From: Dictyostelium discoideum | Taxonomy: Eukaryota | Length of the DNA stretch: 64,000 nt | Direction of reading: 5' to 3' | Assembly: GCA_000004695.1 (NCBI GenBank) | Contig: CM000152.2 | Coordinates: forward strand, 1,664,001-1,728,000 | Notes under the pieces: generated by a model | What the model saw: only the letters and a program-made list of their open reading frames with translations | Database searches by the model: none | Told to the model about the DNA's origin: nothing | Shown: piece after piece, positions 51,684 to 64,000 of the stretch | How positions within the stretch are numbered: the stretch's first letter is position 1 | Layout of the letters: every line of letters begins with the position of its first letter | Translations under genes and position numbers: made by a program

Positions 51684-52873
51684 AACAACAACCTCAAACA
51701 TTACAACAACAACAACAACAACCAAGACCAATGGTTGGTGTAAACTCTCCAACTCCAATTACATCATCTACAACAATTAACGCAAAACCAATGGCAACAA
51801 CTACAGCAACAACCAATCCTCAAATTACTCAAGCACAATTACAATACCAAAAACGTCAACAACAACAATTACAACAGCAAATGCAACAACAACAAAGTGC
51901 AGGAGGTGTAGCTCAACAATTACCATCGTCAATCCCACAACAACCACCAAAACCACAAATCCCAACTCAAGTAACAACACAAACTCAACCATTACCAAAT
52001 ACACCAACAACAACAACAACGACCACTGCAAGTACCCCACCAACAACCACTACCGCCACAGCAACAACAACAACAACAACAACAACCACACCAACAATAG
52101 CACCAATAACACCATTACCAACTCCAACACTCCCAACTCCACAATCACAGGTTCAGGCACCAACTATTCAACAACAAATACAAAATATTCAACAACAACA
52201 ACAAGCAGCAGCAGCAGCAGCGGCACAAACTAACACCACATCTCAACCTGTACCAGAATCAAAACCGGTTGATATTCAAGCAAAAGTTCAAAACCATTTC
52301 AATGCTTTAGCATTGGCATATAGAAATCAAAAAATCGATAAAAATATTTTGATGGAACATTTGGTTTTGTTGTTTGGTAATAATAACGCATTGAACTATG
52401 CCAAGAAAATTGATGATATTCCAACTGAAAAAGTTCCAGCTCTACCAAGAGATTTCGATTTAGATAATATTCTCAGAAGAACATCCGAACTTCGTCAATT
52501 AACTTTACTCTATCAAAAAACTAGTCAAAGTGGAACAAGTAAGCCAGCAGCCGATGGTCCAAATGCTACTCCCCCCGCTGCAAATGGAGCCCAACCAAAA
52601 CTACCACAACCAAATGGTACTACACCTGCACCATCCAATGCACAACTTTCAAAAGAACAAAAGAAAGAATTGGCAAAACAAGAGAGAATGAAAAAGAAAG
52701 AATTAAAAGAAGAGAAAAAACAAAGAGAGAAAAAAGAAAAAGAAGAAAAAAAACTTCAAGCTCAAATTGCTTTACAAGAACAAAAAACAAATCAAGAAGC
52801 AGAGAATGAAGATGATAAACAAAATATTAAAGATTTAAATGATGTTACTAAAATTGCAAATATTGATATGAAA
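50881..52873 (+). CDS. TAF4 (TFIID subunit 4)-like protein, exon 1 of 2. Contains the 100-N gap 50976..51075 and an extensive poly-Q/T/P region.
   Basis: MDELDELLSNPNVNVDDEKYKQIHNLF start. After the gap the coding frame is the Q-rich one (ORF 50927..52885). A TAFH-like segment is NHFNALALAYRNQKIDKNILMEHLVLLFG. GTAAGT donor at 52874. Confidence 0.5.
50976..51075. other. Assembly gap (100 N) inside TAF4-like exon 1, at the start of a poly-Q region.
   Basis: A run of exactly 100 n characters. The upstream (50881) and downstream (50927-frame) ORFs differ in frame only because of the gap. Confidence 0.95.
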
Positions 52874-52971
52874 GTAAGTTTCTAAATTTTTTTTTTTTTT
52901 TTTTTATTCTTTTTTTTTTTTTTTTTTTTATATATTAATTTTTATTTATTTTTTTATTTTTAAAAATAAAG

Positions 52972-53952
52972 AATGAATCAGATCACTTTTTACCAGATAC
53001 AAATGAAGAAGAAGAAACATATACACCAGAAACTGAACCATTATTTTTAAATTCATATCCATTAAGAAAGAAAATTCAAGCGATTGCAATTAAACATGGA
53101 TTGAAATTAAGTGAAGAGAATCTTTTAGAGTTTGTATCATTGGCAACTCAAGATCATCTAAGAACGATTTTAGAGTTTTTAATTAAAACATCTAAACAAC
53201 GTGTTGAGATGCAAAAGGATGATTTAATACCAACCATTATCACTAGTGATGTTAAAAAGAAATTAAATGCAATTGAAAAGAGAGAAAGAGAGGAGAGAAC
53301 TAAGAAAGAGAATGAAGAACAAGAGAGATTATTAAGGGAAGCAAAGGAGCAAGAGGTAACATCGTCAAAAAAGAAAATTCCCATCATTGACGATAAAAGT
53401 AGTAATGCATTAAAGGAGAAGTATGCAAAATTTCGTTTGGAGAAAGAAGAGAGAGAAAGAACATCCGCTGCTAATTCAACAGCACTTCTCGCAGTTGGTA
53501 ACATTGGTAAGAAAAAACCATTGTCTGCTCCATTCATGAAACCATCCATTTTCTCTTTAGGTGCAAATCCTCAAAATATTCAACCACCAATTCCAAGTTC
53601 ACAATTGATCAGTTTCCAACAATTAATCAAAGAAGGTAAAACTTTAACTTCAGAACAAGAGGTACAATATCAACAATCAAAAGAAAATCATGAAAATCTT
53701 TTAAAGCAATATCATGAAAAAATTGGTACAAAAGATTATCAACCAATGGATGTCGATTCAAATTCTACTTCATCAACAAATCCTTCCTCAACCGTTGGTG
53801 GAAGAGCAGGTATTAATAACAAACACCCAAATCGTAAAATCACTAAAAAAGATTGTTACTTTTCTCAAAAACATATTGGTTATAATGTACTCCAAAAATA
53901 TGAACTTTTAAAACTTAGAAAAAGATTTAATCCTCAAAATTTTCCATTTTAA
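52972..53952 (+). CDS. TAF4-like protein, exon 2 of 2 (histone-fold/TAF4 C-terminal domain).
   Basis: IQAIAIKHGLKLSEENLLEFVSLATQDHLRTILEFLIKTSKQRVE resembles the TAF4 HFD (...KHGL...ISHATQERLRNLLEKL...). Acceptor AAAG at 52971. The track's M at 53101 is a TTG. Confidence 0.5.
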   Translation, partial: NESDHFLPDTNEEEETYTPETEPLFLNSYPLRKKIQAIAIKHGLKLSEENLLEFVSLATQDHLRTILEFLIKTSKQRVEMQKDDLIPTIITSDVKKKLNAIEKREREERTKKENEEQERLLREAKEQEVTSSKKKIPIIDDKSSNALKEKYAKFRLEKEERERTSAANSTALLAVGNIGKKKPLSAPFMKPSIFSLGANPQNIQPPIPSSQLISFQQLIKEGKTLTSEQEVQYQQSKENHENLLKQYHEKIGTKDYQPMDVDSNSTSSTNPSSTVGGRAGINNKHPNRKITKKDCYFSQKHIGYNVLQKYELLKLRKRFNPQNFPF

Positions 53953-54125
53953 AATTTTTTTTTTTTTTTTTTTTTTTCCTTCTTAAAAAGTAAATAAATA
54001 AAATAATATTAAAAATAATAATAATAATAATAAAAAAAGATTTTATTTTTAAATGAAATATATATTTACAAAATAATAATAAATTATTTATCATTTTTAT
54101 TATTATAATTTTTTATTTTTTTTCT

Positions 54126-55093
54126 TTACTTTTGAACTAAATATTGACCAGCATTTAAACAATGCACTATTTGATTGGAGACTAAAATTGAGATATTACT
54201 ATTTGGATCATTGGTAATTGTTGAGATATCTTCACCAGGTTCTACACCTTTTTTCTTTATGAGTAAAAGGTGAGTTATATTATTACTATAAAGTTGTTTG
54301 AGATCAATTGGGTAATCAACTTCAATCACTTCTGCATCACCACATAATAAAATCTTTTTCCAAGCATCAATATTCTTATTAATTTTAAAATAGGCAATTC
54401 TTGCACCTTCAAATATTTTTCTACCACCATTTTGAGCCACTAATCTTTGACAAATGACTGCTGATTGTGTCCAAATATGTTCTTGACTCTTTGGGTCAGT
54501 ATTAGTTTTTGGGACCCATTGATGGGCAGGTTCATCTGCAAACCTTCCACTATTTGACGAGGCAGTGAAATAGGAAACTTGTAAAATCCATGCACCTGAT
54601 GCGCAACCACCCATAATTTTCTCTGATCTTGAAATTTGTTTTGTAACGACATGAGTTACATTCTTTGCGATGACAGCCTCAAACAATCCTCCCAATCTTG
54701 AAATTATATCTTTGACTTGATTTTGTTCGGCGTCATCAGTGATACCAGAAATTGCAAATACATATTTTTTTGAACGAGATTGTTGTTGTGGTGATGGGAA
54801 ATTATCATATAGATTGCCTCTTCTATTTAACATATTTAATAAACTTTGTTGAGCATTATCATTACTTAAAAATGATTGATTAGCATTTGATTTTGAAAAG
54901 AAATTTGATTCCATTAATTTCTCTTTCTTTTTTTTTTCTGTATCTTCACCATATGTGATCATTTGGGAACTTGTTTCACTATATGATGAAGTTGCATAAT
55001 AATTATTTAAATCATTTTCTTCATCATCATAACTTTCACTTGGATTATTACCAAAAGTATTTCCACTATTTCCACTATTATTATTACTAAAAC

Positions 55094-55145
<52 letters not shown>

Positions 55146-55518
55146 GTTATCATCATCCGATTCTATATCTTGTTCTTTTTCAGATTCATTACCAATTAGT
55201 GCTGATATATTTACAAAGGGTTTATTTGGTTTTTGAGGCATTGACATATTATTTTGTTGATTATTATAAAAGTCAATACTTCTTTTTTGAAATGAAATTT
55301 TTGAATGAGATTTCATACTATGATTATTATTAATGATATTGCCATTTGGTGGAAATGATGATAATATTTTAAAAATTGTATCCATTCCACTTGGTTTTGT
55401 TGTAGTTGTATTTGTAGTTGTATTAATAGTGGTAGAAGTTATTGTTGAACTTTTATTTATTTCTTCACTTTCTTCTATATCTTTATCTTGTTCATCATGG
55501 TCAATCATTTTTTCATCA

Positions 55519-55574
<56 letters not shown>

Positions 55575-56082
55575 TTCCTCCTCATCGATTTCTAAAGGTT
55601 TCATTTCAATTGTGGGTTCCAATTCTTCTGGTTTTTGTTTTTCATTATTATTATCATTATTTTTATTAATATTATTATTACCATTGTTATTGTTATTATT
55701 TATAGCATTGAATAATTGTGAAGGTGTTTTTGTTAATGATTGAATAGTTGGAACATCACCATCATTCTCATTTGAAATAGCTTTCAATGGTTGGAATTCA
55801 GACTCTAATAATCTTTTTCTTGAGGACCAACATTGTTCTAACCAATTAGGGTGAACTTGAAAAAAGTTTGTATCAACAAAACCTGGTGTTTCTGTATTAT
55901 CAATTTCATTCGTTATATAGTGTGTAATTTTATCAAAACCTGATGTTGTATATGTACCACCCAATTCTTTAATATATTTAATATAATTTAATGATTCTAA
56001 TGATCCATTTAATTTACTTGAAATAAATAAAACTAAATCTTTAAAAATTATTGATTCATTATTTATATTATTATTATTATTA

Positions 56083-56131
<49 letters not shown>

Positions 56132-56773
56132 CATTATTATTATTTATAATTGAATCAACTATTAATAATTTATTAAAAAGATATAAATTTTCATCCAATT
56201 TAATACCAGAAGAAGCACTACTATATAACCATTCTGGTGTTACAACCGGAATACCAATTGATATGGCCATATCATATTTTGGACCTTTCATACAGGTTAT
56301 CAAATGAGTAGTGGTTGTTGGATATAATTTTGATGTGAATTTGGCACCTAATAATTTTGATGTACTCCTAATGAAAGAAGTTTCATTCTCGGGAAAACCT
56401 TCTGTTGTAATTGAATAGTTCTTTAATAGGGATAAATTTGGTAATGGTTTAAAAATAACACATTCATCGGGTTCATAGAGTGTATTGTTGTTTAAACATT
56501 TATCAAACCAATCAATTGTAACCTTTGGTATATTTTCAAATCCACTATCAAACTGTGTTGTAACTTTCTTTCCATGTGGTACAATAATATAATGAAAATC
56601 AAATGTTGTTGAAGTCCATTGACTAGCTATAAAATTTGAATCTACTACATTTGATGCATACTTCATTACATGCTCTTTTATCCTTTCTGTTTCCTCAGTA
56701 TCAAATCCTTTTATCAATATATTCTTTCCATTAAATAAATGAATTTCATTTGTTGCTTCTTCTAACATCATTA

Positions 56774-56810
<37 letters not shown>

Positions 56811-58079
56811 ATTATTATTTGGTTGACGATTCTTGTTATTATTATTACTATTATTATAATAATTATTATTAATATTATTATTATTAAAATTTGTTCTTGA
56901 ACTTTGAGCTTTGCTTGGCATTGGTGTTGGCCTTATATAAGATTTTGTATTTGATAAACTACTAGTTGTACCACTAAAGGTATTTTCAGGCTGAACTGGT
57001 AAAGATTGTAACTGTTGCTTTTGTAATTGTCTGTGACGTGTTTGTTGAATAAATTGTTGTTGTTGTTGTGGTGGTGGTTGTTGAAATTGTAAACTATTTG
57101 ATTGATGTTGTTGTTGTTGTTGTTGTTGATTTTGTAAAAGATAATCATTTTCATTTTGATAAATACCAGATTGAATAGTTGCTCTAAACCAATCTATAGT
57201 CACTACAGGTATACTCCAAATTTCAGCCTTAACACATTTTTCACTAATTGCACCACTTGAAATTAATAAAGAACAAAAATGATTTAAATCACCTGAAAAC
57301 ATACCACCACCTTTTTTAACTTCTCTTTCAATTTCTTTTCTTTCCAAGGAAGTGAAACCAGTTATGCAAATTAAGCAACCAAAAAACAAAGGTATTAAAT
57401 AATTTCTTTCATCCACTCTTTTACCATTACCCCAACAATCTTGTAACCAACCTGATGTTACCATTGGTATACCCAATGCTCTAGCTTGTCTAGTTCTTTT
57501 TGAACCAGATGCATCTGTGTTTGTTATTACATGTGTCACTTTTGTTGATAGTGTGTATTTAAATTCACCACAAAGTTGTTCTATACATGTTGACATATTT
57601 GATTTAATTTCATCATTGAACCCACTTGTACAAATTACACAACCCTTTAAACAATCGGAATAAATTGGATACTCTTTGATCAATGAAAAATCTAATGGAC
57701 TATTCTTTTTGGCACATTCATAAAGATAGGTTATACTTATTATAGGTTTTTTAAATAAACGAGCTGTTTCATAGGCATCTCCCATAAAATCTTGAAATAA
57801 GAATATACAATCATCACTCTCTGAAAATATCCTCTTTCCACCATGTTTTTGAATTAATTTTGTTACTTTTTCTGAAATACCTTGTTCATTTTGTATAAAA
57901 TCACCTTGAAGATAAAATTTTAAATCTTGAAATATTGGTTGTTGAACTATTATATTATTATTATTATTATAATTATTATTATTATTATTATTGTTACTAT
58001 TATTATTATTATTGTTATTTATAAAATTATTTGAGGAATTAGATTTTTGAAATGCTATTGCTGGTTGTGAATCTACCAT
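54126..58079 (-). CDS. Multi-BRCT-domain protein, TopBP1/Dpb11/Cut5-like (1317 aa, about eight BRCT units).
   Basis: BRCT signatures recur along the protein, for example GCVICTSGF...THVITNTDASGSKRTRQARALGIPMVTSGWLQDCW, KYVFAISGITDDAEQNQVKDII and W-x3-C/S ends. Poly-N/Q/D spacers separate the units. Confidence 0.55.
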
Positions 58080-58503
58080 ATTTTTAAAATAATATATTTT
58101 TTATTTTTTTTTTTTTTATTTTATTTTTACTATCTTTTTTTTTTAAAAAAAAATAAAAATTAAAAAAAACTTGTAAAAACCCAAATAATAAAACAGATAA
58201 GATATTTTAATTGAACAAATATTTAAATAAAGAAAAAAAAAAAAAAAAAAAAAAATTTTGAAATGAAAAAATTAAAAAATAAAAAATAAAAAAAAATAAA
58301 ATTAAAAAAAAAAAAAAAAATAAAAAATATATAAAAAATAAAAAATAAAATAAAAATAATAAAAATAAAAATTAAATAAAAATAAAAATTTCCAAGAATT
58401 TTTTTTTTACTTAAGTTCTAAAAAAAGATTCCAAATTAAATAACTTTTTTTTTTTTTTTTTTTTTTTTAATTTTTTTTTTTTTATTTAAATTTTTTTTTT
58501 TGT

Positions 58504-60413
58504 TTATTCGAACCAACTTTGATGTTGTTTATCATTTTTATGATGATAATGTAAAGCAGTACCATCGGGACGAGCAACAAAAGCCTGAGTACCTAAAAAT
58601 ATTTTATTACAAATTGGACAAGTTAAATCTTCAGTGATTTTAATGACACCAGTTTTAAGTTGAGAAAGTTCATCTTTGATTTTAAAGTTTTCAGATTTGA
58701 AAAGATTTTTTACGATTTGATTATCTCTTTTGGTTTTGGTATTATCTCTAATGACCGATTCAAAGAAAGGATAGAGTTGATCGATTGGAGTATTTAAAGG
58801 TAAAAGTGACAATGCTTTTGGAGTATTGATTGAACGATAATGTTTGTTTAAAAGTTTTAAAGCGGGATCTAATAGTGGAGATGTATTTGCATCGGTTGGT
58901 TTTAAATAAACATTTAACAATGATAAATAAACATCTCTACTCTCTTCAGAGTCCTTATTGTAATGACGATCGCAATATTCCTCTGCCATGGCGAAATTTT
59001 TTAACTTGTGAGCATAGATTGCCAATGCTTGCTCGTGACGACCAATTTTACTTAATAGGATAGCTCTCTCTTCGTAGAGATCATTCGAAGGGAAACGTGA
59101 CAACATTTTCTCTGGTAAATAGTATTTTGAGTTTTCCAAGAATTGAATGATCTTTGTTCTAAGTTCACCCAACTCGCCACTCTCCTTACCGGCTGGTATT
59201 AAACCAGGTTCACGTACAATTGCAGAGTTTGGTGTTTGTTTAATTAATTCCAATATTGAGCCTAAATATTCGAAAACCAATTGATTGTGATATTCTGGAT
59301 TCTTATTTGGTGAGATTGGATCATTGATGATATGCTCCAAGTAAGGACGTAACAATGAGGGTGCACATTGTTTCAAATGTGGAATTACATCATCTGGTGA
59401 GAGTGGATCCTTTCTATCGACTGTGAAAATCTTTAAAGCATCCTCTGGACACTTTTGTAACACCCATTTGGAATGCTCTAAAATGATGCCAATATGTTTT
59501 TCACCCAATTGTGAGAGATAGGAAATGGTATCGTTTGGTGATATATTACTACTCTTTGCCAATAGTGTCAATGCCTTTCTGTGAAGATCCTTTGATTTAT
59601 AAAATAGAATTAGTTCTGTCAACTTCTTCTCTTCCAATAACACACGTTCCGACTCTTCAATGTGGCAATGATTCTTGAGATGGAAAAAGTGGGGAATCAA
59701 AGACGCCTTGTGCTTAATATAAACCTTTAAAAGTGTAGTATCCACCAACTCTTGTAATGTATAGCCAGAGTTTAATAGTTCGGGTGGTGATGAATATTCG
59801 ATTTTATTCTTTCTAAATTCGACCAAGTAATGCTCCAACTCTGGTAATGCTCTTGGATTGTTTTCAATATCACGTATGTTGAATGGTGTTGATAGTTTAT
59901 CCTGTAAATGTGCTGGTAGCAAGCCAGGATACAATGAAATGATTTTCAATGGATCAACTTGTGCACTTATAAAATAACCCATTGCAGCTTGAAATTGTTC
60001 CTTTGAAAAGAGATGATAGGCTGCCGATGTTTTAATCTTTATCAATCTCTCCTTAATTCCTGGTATAATATCTTTTGAAGTTTGTAATAAATTAATTGCT
60101 GTCTCATACTCTTGTTTCGTCACCATTTGATCCACCAAATCTAATATTGGCAATGGTTGTAATCTCCAAATACTCGTTGCTGATGAAACATATATATCCC
60201 TCTTGGCACTAATCGATTTGCATGCTGGTAAAAACAACGATTGTGATATTGTCTTTGGATCATTTGGATCCGGTAAAATTTGAACTTCAACTAATCTTGG
60301 TTCTATACTAATTGCAAATGGTTGATAAATTGACATTGAACTTGGTGCATCTTGCCATGTTATAGAATGTCTTCTAACTGGATTACCAGCTGTATTTATA
60401 AAAAATGACATAC
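58504..60413 (-). CDS. Vps39/Vam6-like (HOPS/CORVET-type; TGFBRAP1 related) protein, exon 3 of 3.
   Basis: CHCR/TPR-like helical region. The C-terminus LTCPICNKIFLGTQAFVARPDGTALHYHHK is a Vps39_2 zinc-finger-like motif. Acceptor AAAAAG at 60414. Confidence 0.55.
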
Positions 60414-60496
60414 CTTTTTAAACCAATATATATATATATTAATAAATATTTATTTATTATGCAATATATACAATATATAGTTTAAAATATACTTAC

Positions 60497-60958
60497 TTCC
60501 TTTAACCATTAAAAATTCATTTTCTTGTAAAAATGTTGTAAAAGTTAATTTATCAGCGTCAACATTTATAACTGACCCATCTTGAGTATTTATGATATTA
60601 TAAACTTTTTTAAAACAAACTATAATGAAATTACCACGATAATCGATATGTTTTGCTATGTCTGGCATATTGAATTCTTTTAATTCATAGAAATCTGAAC
60701 CATCCCAACCATATAATACTAATTTCTTTTTAACTGCTGCTACTAAACTTAATGAACCAGGTTGATAACTAACTGCATATGTACTACATCCTTTTGCTTT
60801 CATTAATGTTATTCCTGTTGTTACATCAAATTGAATCAAATCATATACCTTTAAATCACCATCTGTTAATACTAATAATTTATTATAATCATCAAATATA
60901 CTCATTTGTGTAATTGGTTTTTTTGATACTAATTTTGTATCTCTAATTATAACTGAAA
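60497..60958 (-). CDS. Vps39/Vam6-like, exon 2 of 3 (CNH/beta-propeller part). An alternative acceptor 6 nt downstream is possible.
   Basis: The frame is continuous, G|TT SVIIRDTKLVSKK...LMVKG. GTAAGT donor 60496->60491. Confidence 0.5.
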
Positions 60959-61049
60959 CTAAAATAAATAAATAAAAAAAATAAAAAAAATAAAAAAAAA
61001 AGTAAATGTTAATATATATATAAATATATATGTATATATGTATACTTAC

Positions 61050-61233
61050 CTTGAATATTACCATGTTGATTCTCTTTTTCAATAACATCATATACTAAAA
61101 CATGACCTTCTGTAGTTCCAATGAATAAATGTTTCTTTCCTTTATATTCCCATTGTTCAATACATTCTATTCTTTGTGGAAATTTGTCGAATAGATTTTG
61201 TGATACAAAAGCGTTCATATCAACTTTATTCAT
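61050..61233 (-). CDS. Vps39/Vam6-like, exon 1 of 3.
   Basis: MNKVDMNAFVSQNLFDKFPQRIECIEQWEYKGKKHLFIGTTEGHVLVYDV parallels human VPS39 EKLPLQIDCLAAWEEWLLVGTKQGHLLLY. GTAAGT donor 61049->61044. Confidence 0.55.
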
Positions 61234-61471
61234 TTTTGATATTATATATACAATTATTACTCTTTAAGAGCAATATATAAAGAAATTTGAAAAAATAAAA
61301 AAAAAAAATAAAACACAAATAAAAAAAAAAAATAAAAAAATGGTGTTGTGACGATAGTGCTTAAGATATTTTATTTTTTAAAAAAAAAAATAAAAAATAA
61401 AAAAAAAAAATAAAAAAATGTTTTTTTATAAATTTTTTTTTTTTTTTTTTTTATGAAAATTTTTTTTTAAC

Positions 61472-61507
<36 letters not shown>

Positions 61508-61632
61508 TTACATCAACTTCATTATTTTTAATATTTAAAAAAAAAAAAAAAATAATAAATATTTTTATTTATAGTAATAATAATTCAAAAAAAACACACA
61601 TATAGGATTATATATATATATATTTAGTAGAA

Positions 61633-62064
61633 ATGGAATCATTAATTGAATTACCATTTAATTTTTTAAAATGTCCAAAAATGAAATTAAAAGTACCAAA
61701 TATCAGTAAACCATCACCAATGACAATGTTTTCAGTAATTTTCTTTTCATACTTTTTAGTATCAAGTGGTATTATTTATGATTTAATTCAAAACCCACCA
61801 TCAATTGGTTATGAAAGAGATGAACGTGGTAATTCAAGACCAGTAGTATTCCAAATGTATCGTATCAATGGTCAATATATTATCGAAGGTCTTTCAGCAG
61901 GTTTCATATTTTTATTGGGTGCTTTAGGTTATATCATTTTAGATTTAAATGCCAAGAAAAACAACTCCTATCTTTTTGCCATTGGTTTAGCTTTAATCGT
62001 TGCAACTTATAATATTGCCATCGTTTTCATTCGTATGAAAATACCAGGTTATTCTCCATTTTAA
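61633..62064 (+). CDS. Oligosaccharyltransferase complex subunit OSTC/DC2 (143 aa, 3 TM).
   Basis: MESLIELPFNFLKCPKMKLK...GIIYDLIQNPPSIG...NGQYIIEGLSAGF...RMKIPGY aligns closely with human OSTC ([20 protein letters not shown]...GGIIYDVIVEPPSVG...NGQYIMEGLASSF...RMKLPGY). Confidence 0.85.
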   Translation: MESLIELPFNFLKCPKMKLKVPNISKPSPMTMFSVIFFSYFLVSSGIIYDLIQNPPSIGYERDERGNSRPVVFQMYRINGQYIIEGLSAGFIFLLGALGYIILDLNAKKNNSYLFAIGLALIVATYNIAIVFIRMKIPGYSPF

Positions 62065-62437
62065 GAAATAAAATAATAATAATAATAAAAAAAATGGGCA
62101 GAAAAAGAAAAAAAAAAAAAAAAAAAAGAAAAAAAATAAATGGTATACAACACCCCTTAATTATGTATAAAATAAAATCTTAATCATAGATTTTTAAAAA
62201 ATTGAAATCTATGAAAAAAAAAAAAAAAAAAAAAAAAAACCCAATTATACTGTTTTGGAAATAATTAAATAATTATTTTATTATTACTTCTTTTATAATT
62301 TTGTTTTTTATAATTATTTTTATTTTTTTATTTTTTTTCAAATTCATTCATTTTTTTTTTTAAAAACAAATAAATAAATAATAGATAGAAATGAATAATA
62401 ATAATAATTATAATGAATATATAATATTTTTATTTAG

Positions 62438-62607
62438 AATATCTTAGAGATAGAAATGACCAATTAAATGACCAAAATTTATCACTATTTAGAATTATTT
62501 ACGATATGAGGGAGTTGATGGTAAAATTTTATAATTTCCCTAAAAAAGAAAAATATTTACTTTCAGAATTAGATTCAAAAGATATTGAAATTCAAGATAT
62601 AAAAAAC
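62438..62607 (+). CDS. Coiled-coil poly-Q protein, first recognisable exon (5' end or start uncertain; possible Met at 62506).
   Basis: Open coding-like frame ...LRDRNDQLNDQNLSLFRIIYDMRELMVKFYNFPKKEKYLLSELDSKDIEIQDIKN ending at a GTATGT donor at 62608. Confidence 0.35.
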
Positions 62608-62691
62608 GTATGTAAAATTAATATTACAATTATAGTTTTTTTTTTTTTTTTAAAAAAAAATAATTAATTTTTTAAAAAAAAAAAAAAAAAG

Positions 62692-62887
62692 AAATTGAAT
62701 CAAGATTTAATTAATTTAGAAAAAAAATTAAATCAACAAATTGAAAAAGAAAATAACGAAAGTAAATCAAAACAAATATTAATTGATGGATTACAAAAAA
62801 CAATTCAAGATATTGAATCACAAAAATTTATTGATAATAATGAATATGAAAATAGAATTCAAGAATATAAAATTAAAATTCAAGAAT
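62692..62887 (+). CDS. Coiled-coil protein exon (KLNQDLINLEKKLNQQIEKEN...KIQE), phase-1 GTTTGT donor.
   Basis: An AG acceptor at 62690-62691 comes after an A-tract. Heptad-like charged repeats. The track's M here is a TTG. Confidence 0.4.
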
Positions 62888-62960
62888 GTTTGTATAATTT
62901 TTTTTTTTTTTTTTTTTTTTCTTTTTAACATTTTAATTTATTTTAATAATTATTAAATAG

Positions 62961-63067
62961 ATCAAGAAAAACTTAATGATCGATTAAAAAGTGAAACAAG
63001 GTTAAAGGATGAATTACAATTGGTACTAAATTCTAAAAATGATGAAATTATTAATTTAGAACAAGGT
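62961..63067 (+). CDS. Coiled-coil protein exon (YQEKLNDRLKSETRLKDELQLVLNSKNDEIINLEQG).
   Basis: AATAG acceptor at 62960, GTATGT donor at 63068. It keeps the frame (phase 1 in, phase 0 out). Confidence 0.4.
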
Positions 63068-63110
63068 GTATGTAATTATATCTTAATTTAGAATAAATTT
63101 TAAATACTAA

Positions 63111-63144
<34 letters not shown>

Positions 63145-63157
63145 CTGATTAAAATAG

Positions 63158-63273
63158 AAAAAAGAATTTGAAAAGCAAATTGGGGAAATAAATAGAGAAA
63201 ATGAACAATTAAAAATAAAATTATCAAACTATCAACAAAAGATATTACAATACCAACAACGTCAACATCAGCC

Positions 63274-63363
<90 letters not shown>

Positions 63364-63570
63364 GCAACAACAAAATCAACAGCAACAATATCATCAGCCA
63401 ATAGTTGTACAAAACCCTCTACATCTAAATAATAACAATAATAGTAATACGCCAAATGCCAACAATAATAATAGTGGTGGTGGTGGTGGTAATGGCAATC
63501 ATTTGAATAACTACGGTATCAGTGTCCCAATTAAAAAATCATCCTTATCAACAAGGAAATCATTTAATTA
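63158..63570 (+). CDS. Coiled-coil protein terminal exon, with a poly-Q(43) and poly-N tail.
   Basis: AAAATAG acceptor at 63157. KKEFEKQIGEINRENEQLKIKLSNYQQKILQYQQRQHQPQQQ... runs to a TAA at 63568..63570. Confidence 0.45.
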
Positions 63571-63719
63571 AAATAAATAAATAAATGATTGATTTTTTTA
63601 ATATATATATTATAATACAATTTATTTAATTTGAGTTTTTCTTTTTTTCTTTTTTTTTTTTTTTTTTTTTTTTTTAATCTTTAAGATCCATTATTCATTT
63701 TGAAAGTGGTATTAACAAT

Positions 63720-63823
63720 TTATTCTTGTACAGTCTTGAATGTTGCTTCTAAATAATCAACTTGTCTATCTAAAATGGTTAATTTTTCATTGAGATCTGA
63801 TAATTTATTTCTAGTTGATAATT
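63720..63823 (-). CDS. hspc300: BRK1/HSPC300 (SCAR/WAVE complex small subunit), exon 2 of 2.
   Basis: (E)LSTRNKLSDLNEKLTILDRQVDYLEATFKTVQE* matches human BRK1 ...[30 protein letters not shown] acceptor. Confidence 0.75.
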
Positions 63824-63897
63824 CTATATTAAAATTGATTAGTTATGGTCAAACAGGAGGGGTTATTAAGAAAAGTGGTTAAAATATAAACACTTAC

Positions 63898-64000
63898 CAA
63901 ATTTATTTAAAAATTCAACAATCTTTTGAATATTAATGCTCATATCTTCAATAAATTCTCTTTGTTCCCAATCTTTTTGAATATTTGTTTTTGTTGACAT
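63898..64000 (-). CDS. hspc300: BRK1/HSPC300, exon 1 of 2. The start ATG is the last three bases of the window.
   Basis: MSTKTNIQKDWEQREFIEDMSINIQKIVEFLNKFG matches human [26 protein letters not shown]. Phase-1 GTAAGT donor 63897->63892. Confidence 0.75.

Noticed and set aside
50881-51780. ORF-track frame reading poly-T/S (YTTASSSTATTSTST...) after the 50976..51075 gap, and likewise the 40114..42402 frame after the 41907..42006 gap.
   Set aside because: The 100-N gaps make the frame across them arbitrary. Beyond each gap the biologically sensible frame is the CAA=Gln frame (ORFs 50927..52885 and 42344..43306), not the ACA=Thr frame carried over from upstream.

Overview
This is AT-rich (~75-80% A+T) eukaryotic nuclear DNA with the hallmarks of Dictyostelium discoideum. 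It has very short AT-rich introns with GTAAGT/GTATGT...AG boundaries, long homopolymer dA:dT tracts, and in-frame CAA/AAT repeats encoding poly-Q/poly-N. There is also a tRNA gene with tRNA-targeted non-LTR retrotransposons (TRE family) beside it. There are no prokaryotic features (no CRISPR, operons or defence islands). The window is an ordinary gene-dense chromosomal arm region, not an exotic system.

Main content, left to right:
- Two tandem TRE-type non-LTR retroelements on the minus strand (1..~7246), inserted downstream of a tRNA-Cys(GCA) gene (7338..7409, minus).
- About 22 protein-coding genes, most of them spliced:
  - a GFA/CENP-V-like zinc protein
  - a syntaxin-7-like Qa-SNARE
  - MTHFR
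  - an ankyrin-repeat protein
  - beta-adaptin (AP-1/AP-2 beta)
  - a GPI/TM glycoprotein
  - a glycoside-hydrolase-like secreted protein
  - a ~2700-aa PIKfyve/Fab1 gene that the ORF track splits into four pieces
  - a calmodulin-like EF-hand protein
  - THUMPD1/Tan1
  - Mediator subunit MED16
  - cytosolic IRP-type aconitase (5 exons)
  - two small secreted proteins
  - TAF4
  - an eight-BRCT TopBP1-like protein
  - Vps39/Vam6
  - OSTC/DC2
  - a coiled-coil poly-Q protein
  - BRK1/HSPC300, whose start codon is the last base of the window
- Two 100-N assembly gaps that fall inside CAA-repeat coding exons.

Notable oddities are in-frame TAA codons interrupting otherwise continuous coding sequence (PIKfyve, MED16), extreme hexanucleotide QN/PQ repeat arrays, a frame-broken retroelement ORF2, and an apparent local concentration of endolysosomal trafficking genes.

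Many 'M' starts in the supplied ORF track are actually TTG/GTG codons, and many minus-strand poly-V/L ORFs are antisense artefacts of CAA repeats.
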